Part shown: one piece after another, positions 9,873-20,217 of the stretch
Numbering within the stretch: the stretch's first letter is position 1
Layout: every line of letters starts with the position of its first letter
Source: an uncultured bacterium
GTDB taxonomy: Bacteria > Vulcanimicrobiota > CADAWZ01
Assembly: GCA_949288455.1 (NCBI GenBank)
Contig: CASEKF010000033.1
Location: 1,244 to 65,243 of the forward strand
Direction: 5' to 3'
Length of the DNA: 64,000 nucleotides
The notes under the pieces: generated by a model
Database searches by the model: none
What the model was told of the DNA's origin: nothing
The model's input: the letters and a program-made list of their open reading frames with translations, nothing else
Translations under genes and position numbers: made by a program

Positions 9873-12800
9873 TTAATCCAATAAAGCGCTCCTAAGTTTA
9901 ATAAGTTCTTCCCTGCTGTTTTCCGGACAATTTTGGAGAGCTTCGGAAAAATACTCTTCGGCTTCTTCCTTTCTCTTCCGCGAGGCCAGAAAAACAGCGT
10001 AATCCCTCGTATATTCCCAAAAATAAGAACTGTCTTTCATCGCCGCTATACGCTCTCTCTCTTCAGTCAAAGGATCTTTTCTCCTATTGGCCGCATATGC
10101 TTTCAAAGAGTGATAATAAGCGGAATTGGAAGGATCTTTCGTCATAAGTTCATCGATAAGATTTACCGCCTCGGAAAATCTTCCCGAAGCTATATAAATG
10201 TCGATTTTTAAATTATATAAATCCGATTTACCGGGAGAAAGCTCATATATAACATCCCAAGTCTTTAAAGCCGTATCATACTCTCCCAAAAGCACGTTTG
10301 CTCGGGCAAAATCAGCGAGAACGGCGACGTTGGAAGGCTGGGCCTTTAAAACGTCAAATAAATAATCGTAAGCCTGTTGCCCCTTTTTCTCATGAATAGC
10401 TATAATACCAAGCATATGAGACACCGAAGGGGTATCCGGAGCCAATTTTTCAGCCGAAAGCAAAACCTGTTTAGCCTTTGTGTATTCCCCTTTATCAATA
10501 TGAGCTCTAGCTAAATCCACATACGCTTTGCTCATGACGGCGCTGTAATCTCCCCGATTCTTCGAAGGCATAAGGTTTAACGCCATCCTAAAAGATTCTA
10601 TGGCAAGATCAGGCTGATTCCTCTTAGCGTAAGCCTTCGCTATGTAAATATGATACAGATAATTCGTAGGCTGTAAAGACAAAGCTTTTTTATATTCAAT
10701 TAAAGCCATGCTTACGAGTCCTTGATTAAAGTACACTTTGCCTATAAGAGCGGGGATTAAGGAATCTCTGGGAGATAATTCCTCAGCCTTCCTGAACATT
10801 TTAATAGCTTCGTCATATCTTTCTTCCTCTTCCAGAATAACGCCTATAGCTTTATAATAATCTACGTTTCTGCTATCCAAAGTGGCGGCCTTTTTTAATT
10901 CTTCCACAGCTCTGGCTTTATCTCCCTGACAATAATACGCCATACCTAAATCTTCTCTGTATTCGGGATTGGAAGGCTGCATCGCGACGGCCTGTCTGTA
11001 CTCCAATATTCCCAGCTGAGTATAATCCTTCTTTAAATAAAGCATGCCAAGTTTATTATGAGCGTGAGCGCTGGACGAGCCTGCTCCGGCTTCGACAGAT
11101 TTTTCATAATGACTAATCGCGTTGTCATAAGCTCCCATAGTCATATAAAGATCCCCAAGATGCTGGTGCACTTCGGTATCTCCGGGATGAGAAGCAGCTA
11201 TGTGCTCAAGTTCGGCCGCGGCTCCATATGTATCTCCTTGTCTTAGATACATATCTGCCAACTGAAGTCTAGCCTCCCTGTTGTTTTCTTCAAGGGAAAG
11301 AGCGTTGGTTATAGTTTTGTAAGCTAGATCCGATCGATTCTGCCTCAAATAAAGATCGCTTAAAGAAGTATAAATTTCAGGATTTTCAGGATTTATAGTT
11401 ATAGCCGAAGTATAATTTTTCTCAGCCTGTCCGAACTTTCTCTTTTTCTTGTAAAGATCTCCAAGCCAAACGTATATCTGAGGATTTTCAGGCTCATATT
11501 TAAGAACGATTTCAAACTCCCTTATAGCGTTGTCTACTTGATTAAGACCGGAATATAAATAAGCGAGCTGCTTATGAGCGTCTATATTTTCAGGATCTAT
11601 AGCTAAAATATAAGAATATTCCTTAATAGCTTGAGATACTTCGCCCTGTTGAGCGAACAAAAAAGCCAGAGAACTTCTTACCTCCAAATTGTTTTGATCG
11701 AACTTCAAAGCCTGAAGATAATATCTGACCGCTTCAGACGGATTTTCAATGCGTCTGTAATATTCCGCCAAATAGACATAGCTTTCATAATTGTCGGGAA
11801 ATAACTCGCAAGCCTCGGAAAAATCCTTGAAAGCCTGTTCCAAATTTCCTTCTTCAAGCCTGGCTCTGCCCTTATTATAATAAGGAGGAGCATAGTTTGG
11901 ATCGTATTTTATAGCAAGTTCAAACCTATCTATGGCCTCTTCGTAATCTCCGGAGGAAAAATAAAACATCCCCTGGCGATTATGATACTCCGCGTCGCAA
12001 ATTTCTCCCGAAGACGATGGAAGAGAAGCGTTGCATCTGGAACAACACAATTGAGAAGCTAAATTTTCCTGTCCGCATTCGGGACATATCACCGAAGAAG
12101 TTATAACTGAGGTTTCGGAAACAGTTTGAGATACTTCGGCGTCCTTTTTCATTTTATCAATGAAAAGATTATATTTTTCTCTCTCGCTAATACCGGGTTC
12201 GCTCTCCGGTATAGGAGGAATAACCGGAGCAACCTCGGAAGGAGACGTTTTTTTCTCACGTTCCTCTTTTTGCTCCTCCTGAACTGCCTTAGGCTGAACG
12301 TCAATATTGGAAAAATCGTCCGATTTTTTTTCAGATTCTTGTTTTTTTGCGGATTTCCGTTCGGATTCAACTTCCTCAACTAATTGAGTCAATTCTTCGC
12401 TATGCTTAACGCTTGGTTTTGGTTCCTCAGAATCTTCGTTAAGGCCGGCAAGCAGCTCTGCTTTAAGAGCGGCAAGCCTATCCGACGCAAAATTTTCGAC
12501 GTTTTGAGGCTTAGGATTTGAAAAAACCGAAATAGGCTTCGGAGATAAATAATCGCTGATAATATTTTCCATCTCCAAAGCGGATGAAAACCGTCTATCG
12601 GGACTTTTTTCCATACATTTGAGAATTAAACTCTCAAACTCTTTAGGAACCTCAATATTCCTAATAGTAGGAAGGATCGGAGCGTCGTAGAGATGCTTAT
12701 TAAGCATCTCGGGAAGCGAATGGGCTTCGAAAGGCAAATTTTTAGTCAGCATTTCATAAAACACAACGCCCATAGAATATATATCGGCCCTATAATCAGC

Positions 12801-13355
12801 CTCTAAGCCTCTAGCCTGTTCCGGAGAAAAGTAAGCTATAGTTCCCATAACGCTACCGGTTTCAGTAATCGAATGACTATCGTCCAATACCGCTATGCCA
12901 AAATCCATAACTTTAACTTTATTGTCGTCCGTAACTTTTATATTTTCCGGTTTTATATCTCTATGAGTAATTTTTTGTTCATGAGCATAAGACATAGCGT
13001 CGCACAATTGCTTAAATAACTCGGCCATGAATCGTATATCGGGCTTGCCGTCCGCTTCAATGATATCTCGAAGAGAATCGCCCGGAACGTATTCCATAAC
13101 GATATGGAACAAACCGTCTTCCTCGCCGATGTCATAAACTTTAACGATATGAGGATGATCCAATCTAGCCGAAACTCTAGCTTCTCTCAAAAACCGCTGA
13201 ACGGCTTTCTTTGAAGCCGTTTTTTTAGGAGGCAGAACTTTTATCGCCACCGGACGATCGAGAATAGGATCTTCTCCTTGGTAAACTATCCCCATACCGC
13301 CGCGGCCTAGCTCTTTAATTACTTTGTATCTTCCTATGTAAAGTTCTTTAGACAT
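9873..13355 (-). CDS. Ser/Thr protein kinase with central zinc-ribbon and long C-terminal TPR array
   Basis: 1160 aa. The N-terminus has Hanks kinase motifs (GRGGMG..., AIK, HRDIKPEN, DFG, SPE). It is followed by an acidic/Lys-rich linker, a CPECG...CSRCN zinc ribbon and at least 15 TPR repeats. Stop lies 6 nt before the priA start. Confidence 0.85.
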   Translation of the reverse strand: MSKELYIGRYKVIKELGRGGMGIVYQGEDPILDRPVAIKVLPPKKTASKKAVQRFLREARVSARLDHPHIVKVYDIGEEDGLFHIVMEYVPGDSLRDIIEADGKPDIRFMAELFKQLCDAMSYAHEQKITHRDIKPENIKVTDDNKVKVMDFGIAVLDDSHSITETGSVMGTIAYFSPEQARGLEADYRADIYSMGVVFYEMLTKNLPFEAHSLPEMLNKHLYDAPILPTIRNIEVPKEFESLILKCMEKSPDRRFSSALEMENIISDYLSPKPISVFSNPKPQNVENFASDRLAALKAELLAGLNEDSEEPKPSVKHSEELTQLVEEVESERKSAKKQESEKKSDDFSNIDVQPKAVQEEQKEEREKKTSPSEVAPVIPPIPESEPGISEREKYNLFIDKMKKDAEVSQTVSETSVITSSVICPECGQENLASQLCCSRCNASLPSSSGEICDAEYHNRQGMFYFSSGDYEEAIDRFELAIKYDPNYAPPYYNKGRARLEEGNLEQAFKDFSEACELFPDNYESYVYLAEYYRRIENPSEAVRYYLQALKFDQNNLEVRSSLAFLFAQQGEVSQAIKEYSYILAIDPENIDAHKQLAYLYSGLNQVDNAIREFEIVLKYEPENPQIYVWLGDLYKKKRKFGQAEKNYTSAITINPENPEIYTSLSDLYLRQNRSDLAYKTITNALSLEENNREARLQLADMYLRQGDTYGAAAELEHIAASHPGDTEVHQHLGDLYMTMGAYDNAISHYEKSVEAGAGSSSAHAHNKLGMLYLKKDYTQLGILEYRQAVAMQPSNPEYREDLGMAYYCQGDKARAVEELKKAATLDSRNVDYYKAIGVILEEEERYDEAIKMFRKAEELSPRDSLIPALIGKVYFNQGLVSMALIEYKKALSLQPTNYLYHIYIAKAYAKRNQPDLAIESFRMALNLMPSKNRGDYSAVMSKAYVDLARAHIDKGEYTKAKQVLLSAEKLAPDTPSVSHMLGIIAIHEKKGQQAYDYLFDVLKAQPSNVAVLADFARANVLLGEYDTALKTWDVIYELSPGKSDLYNLKIDIYIASGRFSEAVNLIDELMTKDPSNSAYYHSLKAYAANRRKDPLTEERERIAAMKDSSYFWEYTRDYAVFLASRKRKEEAEEYFSEALQNCPENSREELIKLRSALLD

Positions 13356-13469
13356 ATCGCGTACTCGTTTATAATAAAGATTATGGTGACATTAAGAAAC
13401 ATAAAATAGTCAAAGTAAAAAAATACGAATTCTACGTTCCATTATAATATTTTCATAAAAATTAAAAAA

Positions 13470-16208
13470 TTACCTTTCTAAAATCAATTTTAATCCCGGA
13501 GGAATAGAATCTCCCAAAAAAACGTCCTCTTCTTCAATAGTTTCTTGGGCAACTTCAAATAAAGGTTTTATAAACTTATCGTCGGCTTCAAGCTTTTTCA
13601 AATAAGACGAAACTAAATTTCTGACTTCTTCGCTTACGTCTCTACTCCTGTCTCCGGTCAGCTCAGCCATAGCGGATAAAGCCATAAACGCGGAATTTCC
13701 CGAAAATTCCGCCGAAATAATCTCGCGGATCCACTCCTCGGATATTTCGGCGGGCAATATAAAATTCGCGTTGCCGTATATAGTTCTGCGCCCCGCTATC
13801 CTTCTTATCATATTTAAAGCCTGAACCGGATCCTTCCTAAGAATATTTTTCATTACGTAACCGCCCAATTCTATCTTCAAAGATACCGATAGTTTGTCAA
13901 AATAAGACGCCATCTGTAAAATTTCCATCAGCTCGCTCTTAGAAGGATTCGGACCTGAAAATGACTTTAGATGTTTCTTGCCTTTCAAAAACCATGAAGA
14001 AACTCTGTCGAAAATAAGCTTCTGAGCCTCCCCTGAAAGACCTCCGGCGCATCTTCTCCAAAATATCCACCACTCCAGTCTATTCTGCTCTTCTTTATTA
14101 AATTGCAGCCATTTCACGATAAGACTTTCGGCCTTTTTTATTCTCCAGTCGTCCAAAGGGTACCCATACCCCGGCCTAAGCGTGAATCCCGCGGCGTTAA
14201 ACCAAGCTCCTTCGGATTTGGCGTCTATTCTTCTCTTTGAAGATATGTCTATAAGAGAATCAAAGATTAAGCGATTTACGGAAATATCCCAATCTTTTTT
14301 TCCGGTCTGCCATAAATTTTCAAGATCCGCTAAAAGTTTTCTATATTTTTCTCCGTTTTTTTTCTCAAAAGCTAATCGTATAATAGATTGAGATTCTCGG
14401 GCAAGTTCGGCGTTTACTATCGAACTTCTAACCGGAACCGCCAATGTCTGCTCGTCTGTCTTATCGCCGCCTTCTCTAAAAACTCCAAAATTAAGTTTCC
14501 ATTCTCCGGAATTGTCCGGAGTCGAGCATTTTAATTCTAAAGTCCCAATCTCAGTTAAATTAGACTTCAAAAACACTTCCTTAAATTTATCTTTATCTTC
14601 TCCCCTTGGCAATACGGTAAATAAAGGAGGCAGAGGAGAAAGGGAATCCCCGTTTACGGAAATTATGTCTCCGGGCATATCGCTGTCTCTGCTTGTCGAG
14701 CTGAACACAGAAAAACTTACCGGATGCTCAAGAGAAAGCAAAAAAGTTTTATTTTTGATTTCCTGAACGTTCTCGGTCATAAGATCTTTTGGAATAAGGC
14801 AAAGATAGGTATCTCCTGACGTCGTTCCGGCGTCTATCTTGACATAGTACGATCTTGGAGAACCTCCCCCTATTCTTACTCCGTCTCCCCGTTTAGCTTT
14901 TGAAAAATATGCTGCTCCAAGAGCTACGGCAGCGTCGAATTCGTCGTTTTGAAGTTCTTTAACAGGTTTTCCGCCCCATTCTTCAAGCTGATTTTTTACC
15001 CTGCTCCTAAACAGCGCGGATCTAAAGACTCCGCCGTTAAAAAGAACTGCGTCCGGAATTTCCTCTCTTTCGGCATGTTTTTTAATAAAATCGGCCATAT
15101 GTCTAGTAATTCTTGGATCTTTCTGATAAGGAAGGCCCCACTCGGATAAGCCCGAAGAAACAGACGGAGTTATATCGCCGAATCGTAAAGAAGGGAAAAA
15201 TCCCTCCAATACAGCCGACTCGCAATCCTCAAAGGAAATTTCAGCCGATATGCTTGAGGAAATAATTCTGCTTCCTCTTCCAAGAATAGCAACGGAAACT
15301 TTTTCAGGAGGATTGTCGGCCAAAAGCTTTTCCTTAGCAGTTCGGCATTCCGCGCATAAAGACGCCCACATTACCGCGTCAAGCTTTCCTGACGAACCTA
15401 AATATTTTTTTTCAGTCATAAGCGCGAGAGCCATATCCATATTATCTCCGCCTAACAAGAGATGATCTCCTACGGCAACGCGTTTTAAAGAGGCTCCGGT
15501 ATCGTCGCTTGAAGCTCTTATAATCGTAAAATCGGCGGTGCCTCCTCCTACGTCGCATACGAGAACGTCTTTTACGCCTCTCAATTCTTTTTTCCAAAGC
15601 GACTCATTTTTCAGCAGCCAAGCGTAAAACGCGGCCTGGGGCTCTTCAAGCAAAGTCAAATTCTTAATTCCGGCTTTCTCGGCCGCCTCGACGGTGAGTT
15701 CTCTTCCTGCGTCGTCAAACGAAGCCGGAACGGTAAGAGTGACTTCTTGATTTTCAAAAGCCGACGTCCCGCCTCCCATCTTATAATTCCAAGAGTGTTT
15801 TATATGAGTCAGAATTCTGGACGCAGCCTCGAAAGGAGAAATTTTATCGGAGCTTCCTACCTGATTCCAAGGCAAAATAGGAGCCTTCCTATCAACTTTC
15901 ATATTTGAAAGCCAAGATTTTGAAGAAGATACGACTTTTTGAGGATAATAAATTAAACTCTTTTTAGCCAATTCTCCAACTGAATAATTGAGATCTTTAT
16001 CCCAAGGAAGCGCAAATGTTTTAGCGCCCATGTCTACTTGATCAAGCAAAAAAATAAAAGAAGGGAGCATAAGTCGCTCGGCCGTTTCCCCCGGTTCAAT
16101 CGCTTGTTCTATAGGGAACAACTCCGGCTTTTTTAAGTCCGACTCTAAATCTATATAAGCGCAACACGAATTAGTAGTTCCTAAATCTATGCCTATCGCG
16201 TACCTCAT
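13470..16208 (-). CDS. Atypical Hsp70-family ATPase, 912 aa, with large non-canonical C-terminal extension
   Basis: Actin-like ATPase motifs are present (IGIDLGTTNS, DVGGGTADF, GGDNMD). There is no recognisable DnaK substrate-binding domain. A C-terminal region of about 450 aa has unknown function. Confidence 0.75.
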   Translation of the reverse strand: MRYAIGIDLGTTNSCCAYIDLESDLKKPELFPIEQAIEPGETAERLMLPSFIFLLDQVDMGAKTFALPWDKDLNYSVGELAKKSLIYYPQKVVSSSKSWLSNMKVDRKAPILPWNQVGSSDKISPFEAASRILTHIKHSWNYKMGGGTSAFENQEVTLTVPASFDDAGRELTVEAAEKAGIKNLTLLEEPQAAFYAWLLKNESLWKKELRGVKDVLVCDVGGGTADFTIIRASSDDTGASLKRVAVGDHLLLGGDNMDMALALMTEKKYLGSSGKLDAVMWASLCAECRTAKEKLLADNPPEKVSVAILGRGSRIISSSISAEISFEDCESAVLEGFFPSLRFGDITPSVSSGLSEWGLPYQKDPRITRHMADFIKKHAEREEIPDAVLFNGGVFRSALFRSRVKNQLEEWGGKPVKELQNDEFDAAVALGAAYFSKAKRGDGVRIGGGSPRSYYVKIDAGTTSGDTYLCLIPKDLMTENVQEIKNKTFLLSLEHPVSFSVFSSTSRDSDMPGDIISVNGDSLSPLPPLFTVLPRGEDKDKFKEVFLKSNLTEIGTLELKCSTPDNSGEWKLNFGVFREGGDKTDEQTLAVPVRSSIVNAELARESQSIIRLAFEKKNGEKYRKLLADLENLWQTGKKDWDISVNRLIFDSLIDISSKRRIDAKSEGAWFNAAGFTLRPGYGYPLDDWRIKKAESLIVKWLQFNKEEQNRLEWWIFWRRCAGGLSGEAQKLIFDRVSSWFLKGKKHLKSFSGPNPSKSELMEILQMASYFDKLSVSLKIELGGYVMKNILRKDPVQALNMIRRIAGRRTIYGNANFILPAEISEEWIREIISAEFSGNSAFMALSAMAELTGDRSRDVSEEVRNLVSSYLKKLEADDKFIKPLFEVAQETIEEEDVFLGDSIPPGLKLILER

Positions 16209-16361
16209 AAGTACAAATCTCCATTATTCCTCAAAAGTTACGTAAGGTCTTAACGATTCTAATAAGTCCGTCATTTTATTCGTATTCATGATAAACAGCT
16301 GCCCCATTAATTTATAAGGTCCGCGAATAAAATTTATTTAAGAAGTTTTATCGCGATATCT

Positions 16362-18170
16362 CTAATCGGCATCGCTGTGACGAACGTCAAACTCCAGCTT
16401 TCTGCGAAAGCCGTCGGCTGAAATACACCATAATTCTATGGTTCCTATTTCAGTTACGTAAGTTTCTAATTTAACCGGAATAAATCCCGCGTCGGTATTG
16501 TCCGATTCGAGAAAAACCTTTAACGAAGGAAGCTCTTTTATGCCTACGTCTTCCCAATTCTCAACTATATTCCCAATAGCGTCGTCTTCTCTCGTCGAAG
16601 ATGAGAAGAACCTGAATTCCGCTTCATATCCTACTCCAAGCGCAAATTCTCTATCGTCAAGTTTAATCTTAGTTCCCTCTTCAACTCCTTTCCCGGCTAT
16701 GCAAAGAGCTTTTACGGGAGGTTCAAATCCTGGGATGGAAGGCATTGAAGTTTCTATGCCTATATAATAAGATCTTGAAGTTCCGCCTTTAATTCGTATT
16801 CCTTTGCCCCGTTTGGAAAGGGCGTAAGCGGCGGCTCCCTTAGCCACGGACAAATCCAAATCCGCGCCTTTTAAAACGGTAAAAGATTCGCCGTCAGGAT
16901 ACCATTCTTTCAATGCGGCTATAAACCTGGAAGTTATGGCTTCAGATTTAAAAACTCCTCCGTTCAGCAGCAAATGCGTAGGCAAAGGAGCGTAGCCTTT
17001 TTTAACGAGAGTCTCTCGGTTCACGCTAAGAAAAGCGGCCAAATGACGCGTAACGACGGCGTCATGTTCATATGGAAGCCCGATTTCGGCTAATCCTAAC
17101 CGTCTTCTAGGCTCCGGGCGAGAATTTAAAGGAACAGACCGGAAAAAGCCGTCGAATATAATTCGTTCCAAAGTCTCTCTCTTTAAAAGAGCGGTCAAAC
17201 TGCCTCCAAAAATACTGCTTGAACGGCCCGGTATGATAATTTCCGCTTCTTTTACAGAATTATCCGACAACATTCTTTCCTTTGCCGCGGAACAGCTTCT
17301 TGCCATAGCGTTTAACTGCCAAGGTTCCAGCTTAACTTTTTTTCTTGCGCGCATATCCTCATATAAAGCCATTGCCGCCGCAAGATCCATATTGTCTCCG
17401 CCAAGAAGAATATGGTCTCCTACGGCTATTCTCTCAAGCTCTAAATTTCCTTCGTTCTCAGATACGGCTATAAGACTGAAATCAGTCGTGCCTCCTCCTA
17501 TATCGCATACCAACACGGTGTCGTTTAATTTTAAAATTTTTCTCCATTCTTCTCCCATTGAAAACAGCCAAGCATACAAAGCCGCTTGAGGTTCTTCAAG
17601 TAAAGTTACGTCCATATTGGAAGCGGTAGCGGCTTTTACCGTAAGTTCTCTCGCAACCGCGTCAAAAGAAGCGGGCACGGTTAGAGCTATATCCTGAATG
17701 CAAAAAGACGCATGTTTAACGTCCTTAAATTTATAATTCCAGGCTTCGTACAAATGAGTCAAACATCTCATAGCGGATTCTACCGGAGAAATTTTAGCGA
17801 CTTTCTTAGAATCCGAACCCCATGGAAGAATCATTCCCTCTCTATCTACGGCGTTTGCGCATAACCAAGATTTAGAAGACGAAACAAGTCTGTCGGGGAC
17901 TTTAAGTCCCTGTTTTAAAGCAAATTCTCCTATTATATACGGGAAATCTCCCCAAGGCAGTTCGGCGGCTCCTTCAGGAAGCTCATGACTGCCGGGAATA
18001 TATATGAAGGAAGGCAGCGTGGTTCTCTCCTTGATTTCTCTAATGTCCGCTATCTGAGGTATCTTGAATATCTCAATAGTTGCGCCGTCTTCATCCTTAG
18101 AAAAAGCCATAGCGGTATTTGTAGTTCCCAGATCTATTCCTATAACGTAAGGCGATTTTGTCATTTTCAT
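16362..18170 (-). CDS. Atypical Hsp70-family ATPase, 602 aa
   Basis: Motifs IGIDLGTTNT, DIGGGTTDF, LLGGDNMD. Paralogous to the downstream 912-aa protein. Confidence 0.75.
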   Translation of the reverse strand: MKMTKSPYVIGIDLGTTNTAMAFSKDEDGATIEIFKIPQIADIREIKERTTLPSFIYIPGSHELPEGAAELPWGDFPYIIGEFALKQGLKVPDRLVSSSKSWLCANAVDREGMILPWGSDSKKVAKISPVESAMRCLTHLYEAWNYKFKDVKHASFCIQDIALTVPASFDAVARELTVKAATASNMDVTLLEEPQAALYAWLFSMGEEWRKILKLNDTVLVCDIGGGTTDFSLIAVSENEGNLELERIAVGDHILLGGDNMDLAAAMALYEDMRARKKVKLEPWQLNAMARSCSAAKERMLSDNSVKEAEIIIPGRSSSIFGGSLTALLKRETLERIIFDGFFRSVPLNSRPEPRRRLGLAEIGLPYEHDAVVTRHLAAFLSVNRETLVKKGYAPLPTHLLLNGGVFKSEAITSRFIAALKEWYPDGESFTVLKGADLDLSVAKGAAAYALSKRGKGIRIKGGTSRSYYIGIETSMPSIPGFEPPVKALCIAGKGVEEGTKIKLDDREFALGVGYEAEFRFFSSSTREDDAIGNIVENWEDVGIKELPSLKVFLESDNTDAGFIPVKLETYVTEIGTIELWCISADGFRRKLEFDVRHSDAD

Positions 18171-18181
18171 ATTCTCCCCGT

Positions 18182-18643
18182 CTACTTTATTTCAACCTCA
18201 GCCGGAGCCACTACGTTCCCTGACGGTATGGAAATCGGAAATTTTGCGTTTTCAATTTTCCAACCGTGGTGAATTAAAATTCCTCTAAAAGGAGGATCCC
18301 CCGAAACGTTTCCCAACAGCCTAACTGACGCCGGACTGAATCCTTTTTCAACTTCTACGCACGTATTCTCCGGTTCTTCTCTCAAACTTTTAAACTCTAC
18401 GTAATCTCTTAAAGTCTTTCGACAACCTTCCTGAACGTTTCTAACTCCGGCTCCTAACGCAGAGTCCGGAACGCCGGATAAATCCTCCATTAAAAAATCG
18501 ATAAATCTACCGTCTCTCTGAAGAATAGAAAAAATTACCGCCGGCTCGCATAATTTGCCGTCTAAAGCCAATTCGACTTTTTTAAAAAGGTCGGCTGAAA
18601 AAAGCATTTTAAAAAAATATGTCAACGCCTTGACAAAACGCAT
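18182..18643 (-). CDS. DUF2760-like small protein, first gene of the Hsp70-like trio
   Basis: 153 aa. Stop lies 11 nt before the 602-aa Hsp70-like gene. Family assignment is from memory of sequence character and is uncertain. Confidence 0.4.
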   Translation of the reverse strand: MRFVKALTYFFKMLFSADLFKKVELALDGKLCEPAVIFSILQRDGRFIDFLMEDLSGVPDSALGAGVRNVQEGCRKTLRDYVEFKSLREEPENTCVEVEKGFSPASVRLLGNVSGDPPFRGILIHHGWKIENAKFPISIPSGNVVAPAEVEIK

Positions 18644-18977
18644 AAAAACTCCTTTAAAAATATTTTCTTAAAATAATAATTTCTACCTATTTTTAAGAAT
18701 ATCTTTTAAAATTTATATTTTTAATCTAAATTTCAAACTTTAAACTGTTTCCAATCGTTTTCGACAAATCTCCTCAGTCAAACTTTCTATAAATTTACGC
18801 TCGTAATCGCTGTATTAGAATATTTCGATAAAACGTAAAAAAAATAACCGCATCGTACCAAAAAAGGAAAAATATATAAAAATACAAAATACTAAACCTA
18901 TATCTAAAAACATTCGATACGCCGTCTAAACATATCTATATAAATATTAAAATGCGTTATAAGAGGCTTGCTAAAAA

Positions 18978-20066
18978 ATGACAGACAAAATAAAAGACAC
19001 TGAAAAAAACGCAAAAAAAACTTACGAACAATGTCCGAATTGCGGAGAAAGAATGGATTTAAATCCGGAGTCAGGACGCCTAATCTGCGCTTTTTGCAAT
19101 TATGAAGAACAGACCGAAGCTGCGGAGTCAAAACCTCAAAAAGCGAAAGAATTAAATTTTGAAGACGTTGCCGCGGCGGAAAGCTGCGGTTGGCAAAAGG
19201 AATATAAATCTCTAAAATGCGGAGCCTGCAAAACGGAACTAATATGTCTCTCCGATCAAATACCGAGAACTTGCCCGTACTGCGGCTCGGATCAAATAAG
19301 AGAGGAAAACAACACACAAACTCTCGCTCCAAGAATATGCGAATTTGAACTAACGGCAAAACAGGCCGAAGAAAAATTTAAAAGCCGGAACAAAAACAAC
19401 TGGCTCTATCCCAGCGAAATTCAGAAACACTTAAAAGCCGAGGCCTTTAAAGCAGTTTACTTTCCATACTGGATCTTCGACGTAAATACTTTTTCCAAAT
19501 ATCAAGCGGAATACGGGCTCACAAGAACGGAAACGGACGACGACGGAAATACGAAAACGATCACAGACTGGTATCAAACTGACGGCTGTTATCAAGAATT
19601 TATCGAAAACCAACCTATATACGCGTCAAAAAGATACGATAAAAAAATTATTAAAGCTCTGGAGCCTTTTAACGCGGGCAAGAGCAAAGAGTTTAAACCT
19701 GAATATTTAAACGAACGCGCGGCGGAAAGATATCAAATAACCCTTAAAGAAAGTTGGGAAACGGCAATATCCGATATAAAAAGAAAATTAGAAAAGTCCA
19801 TAGACGCCAGAATACGAAACAAAAATAAAGCAGACTCGGCAAGATGCATAATGTTTACTACGGAATATTACGACTTAAAATATCAATATCTGTTATTGCC
19901 GGTATGGATATCGTCGTTCAAATACAAAGATCAAGACTATAGCGTTATAATAAACGGACAAACCGGACAAGTATACGGAAAAGCGCCTGAATTAAAATCT
20001 AAAACGGCTCTGCTGACGGCCGCAATCATCTTAGTTCTGCTCATCGCGTTTTTCTTGTTTAAATAA
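18978..20066 (+). CDS. Hypothetical protein with three CxxC...CxxC zinc ribbons and a C-terminal TM anchor
   Basis: 362 aa with ribbon motifs CPNCG...CAFCN, CGACK...CPYCGS, and a hydrophobic C-terminal tail (LLTAAIILVLLIAFFLF). Confidence 0.6.
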   Translation: MTDKIKDTEKNAKKTYEQCPNCGERMDLNPESGRLICAFCNYEEQTEAAESKPQKAKELNFEDVAAAESCGWQKEYKSLKCGACKTELICLSDQIPRTCPYCGSDQIREENNTQTLAPRICEFELTAKQAEEKFKSRNKNNWLYPSEIQKHLKAEAFKAVYFPYWIFDVNTFSKYQAEYGLTRTETDDDGNTKTITDWYQTDGCYQEFIENQPIYASKRYDKKIIKALEPFNAGKSKEFKPEYLNERAAERYQITLKESWETAISDIKRKLEKSIDARIRNKNKADSARCIMFTTEYYDLKYQYLLLPVWISSFKYKDQDYSVIINGQTGQVYGKAPELKSKTALLTAAIILVLLIAFFLFK

Positions 20067-20097
20067 CGGTCGCATGTCCGCTTGTCATAAATAAACG

Positions 20098-20144
20098 TAT
20101 AAATATAACGTCCTTTTTTATTTTTTTAGGACGTTATATTTATA
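20098..20144. terminator. Large inverted repeat (possible terminator) after the zinc-ribbon gene
   Basis: tataaatataacgtcct / aggacgttatatttata arms of about 17 bp around a T-rich loop. Confidence 0.5.
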
Positions 20145-20150
20145 CCCGGC

Positions 20151-20190
20151 AAAAAAAAATTGGAGAAAATCTAAGGGAGATTTTCTCCAA
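20151..20190 (-). terminator. Rho-independent terminator of secF
   Basis: 13-bp perfect hairpin ttggagaaaatct/agattttctccaa with loop aaggg. On the minus strand it is followed by a 9-nt U-run (A9 at 20151-20159). Confidence 0.75.
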
Positions 20191-20217
20191 TTCAATATTA
20201 AACTATCTTAATTAGAG

